Assembly (NCBI GenBank): GCA_002307295.1
Contig: DBTY01000052.1
Span: 24,714-88,713 of the forward strand
Direction of reading: 5' to 3'
DNA: 64,000 nt
Source of the DNA: Ignavibacteriales bacterium UBA1304
GTDB taxonomy: Bacteria > Bacteroidota > Ignavibacteria > Ignavibacteriales > Ignavibacteriaceae
The position numbers and the translations under genes are program-made. The notes under the pieces were generated by a model that was given only the letters and a program-made list of their open reading frames with translations, was not told the origin of the DNA and did no database searches. Shown here piece after piece: positions 62,906 through 64,000 of this stretch (positions within the stretch are counted from its first letter, which is position 1; each line of letters opens with the position of its first letter).

Positions 62906-64000
62906 ATGAAAAAGCTATACGCTTTTATTGTTTTGCTTGTAATAGCGCTTGTTGTTCCAAATAAAGTATCTGCTCAATCTACTACAGATACAGTTTATAT
63001 ACCGGGTTCGAAGTCTTTACAGATTAGCGACATCATTAATGCCGATACTTCTGTAACAGCTGCTCGCGTTTATGTATTAGACCGCGGAGCTATCTACTAT
63101 ATAGACAAAGCTTTTGAAATCACCCATTCCTGTAAGTTCATCTCTACCGGAACTTCAACAAAAAGACCTGCTGTTTTAGCTGCAGCTATCCGCGCAGATA
63201 ACTCATCGGAAGAATGGTATTTTAAACTTATTCAGGTTGGAATCAAGGTTGAATTAGATGATTTGTATTTGCTTTCTATGCGTTCTGATCTTAAAACTCT
63301 TGGATGGAGCCGCGCTATTCATATTGGCGCTGACAACATAGCTCTAAAGTTAAGAAGAGTTGTATTTGACGGATGGAGCGAAGCGGGTATTCGTGTTTAT
63401 GGAGCTGATCATGTTAAGTTAGACGTTCAAGATTGCCATTTCAGAAACTTTATACATTCCACTTCATATTTTGGCGGACAACCGTTTTTATCAGAAGATA
63501 TGGATCATCCGGATACTACACTTTTTATTAACAACACATTTTTTGCTTGCAACGCTTATGTCTTTTCTGTTCGCGGCCATGGACCAAAATCTGTATTTGA
63601 GCATAATACGATTGCTTACACGGCAGTGAATCCATTTTTATCAGCGCAAGCCGATAATATTTTTATTAAAAATAACCTGGTTTATGCTGCTCATGCATGG
63701 GGCGGCAATCCTGAACAAATTATAGGCGGATGGTTCGAAAATGCTTATGATACCATATCATCATGCGTATTAGCCATTAATAAACAGATGACGTATAATG
63801 GTAAAGAGCAGCATGGTCCGGAAGTTTATTACAAAAACTTAAATCTCACATACAATCCTGCTACAAGATTAGAAGCTGTTCATAATAACGTATGTTATAA
63901 TCCGGATAAACTTGTTAAATTTTATAAAGACTGGAACGATACTGTTAAAACATATGATAGCGTTGAAGTTCTTAATGGCCCGAAACAATATCTAAAAAGA
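62906..64000 (+). CDS. Secreted protein of unknown function, parallel beta-helix-like (3'-truncated by window edge)
   Basis: Not in the ORF track because no stop lies before the window end. ATG at 62906 with an AAGGAG RBS at 62893-62898. My translation is MKKLYAFIVLLVIALVVPNKVSA/QSTT... (SPase I-type signal), open for 365 codons to base 64000. Recurrent short h-x-N-N-x-h type turns (FINNTFF, EHNTIAY, IKNNLVY, HNNVCY) suggest a right-handed beta-helix. Confidence 0.6.
   Translation, partial: MKKLYAFIVLLVIALVVPNKVSAQSTTDTVYIPGSKSLQISDIINADTSVTAARVYVLDRGAIYYIDKAFEITHSCKFISTGTSTKRPAVLAAAIRADNSSEEWYFKLIQVGIKVELDDLYLLSMRSDLKTLGWSRAIHIGADNIALKLRRVVFDGWSEAGIRVYGADHVKLDVQDCHFRNFIHSTSYFGGQPFLSEDMDHPDTTLFINNTFFACNAYVFSVRGHGPKSVFEHNTIAYTAVNPFLSAQADNIFIKNNLVYAAHAWGGNPEQIIGGWFENAYDTISSCVLAINKQMTYNGKEQHGPEVYYKNLNLTYNPATRLEAVHNNVCYNPDKLVKFYKDWNDTVKTYDSVEVLNGPKQYLKR

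Noticed and set aside
1-64000. CRISPR arrays, rRNA genes, tandem or satellite repeats, and IS elements.
   Set aside because: Reading the intergenic regions showed no regularly spaced direct repeats or terminal inverted repeats with a transposase. I did not do an exhaustive computational repeat search, so short dispersed repeats could have been missed.

Overview
AT-rich 64-kb chromosomal window. Gene content (TonB-dependent receptor, dense CAZyme loci, TPR histidine kinases) suggests an FCB-group bacterium (Ignavibacteriota/Bacteroidota-like), but this lineage call is inference only. I support about 37 protein genes and one tRNA-Lys(CTT). I saw no CRISPR array, rRNA, transposase, integrase or recognisable defence genes. 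Layout: (1) 1-6.3 kb holds two sensor kinases (one with a periplasmic CXXCH heme-c type sensor domain), a FabK/nitronate-monooxygenase flavoenzyme, an orphan GroES-like gene and an SGNH hydrolase. (2) 6.4-20.7 kb is a tightly packed 8-gene minus-strand operon behind a good sigma54-type -24/-12 motif. It encodes a methyltransferase/GT-D-like fusion, a small methyltransferase, a 1601-aa fusion (two nucleotidyltransferase-like modules + beta-sandwich + TPR + radical-SAM/SPASM), RfbF, two SDRs, an RmlC-like cupin and a 1218-aa TPR-GT2-GT4-GT2-TPR enzyme. It has no membrane, export or priming component. This is the best candidate for an undescribed system. (3) 20.9-23.3 kb holds rubrerythrin, a GT39/ArnT-like membrane glycosyltransferase and tRNA-Lys, followed by an unusual 0.8-kb non-coding gap. 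(4) 24.1-29.8 kb is the L-fucose catabolic operon (fucK-like, fucA, fucI, fucP). (5) 30-64 kb is a large glycan (complex N-glycan-like) degradation locus. It has GH95, 2x GH29, GH2, GH20, an SSS transporter, a serine hydrolase, GH92, a ROK regulator, GH94 + GH130 phosphorylases, a CBM9-like protein, GH125, GH3-PA14, a TonB-dependent receptor and a secreted beta-helix protein, with no SusD-like partner. All family calls are by-eye motif and alignment recognition, no searches were run, and domain boundaries are approximate.
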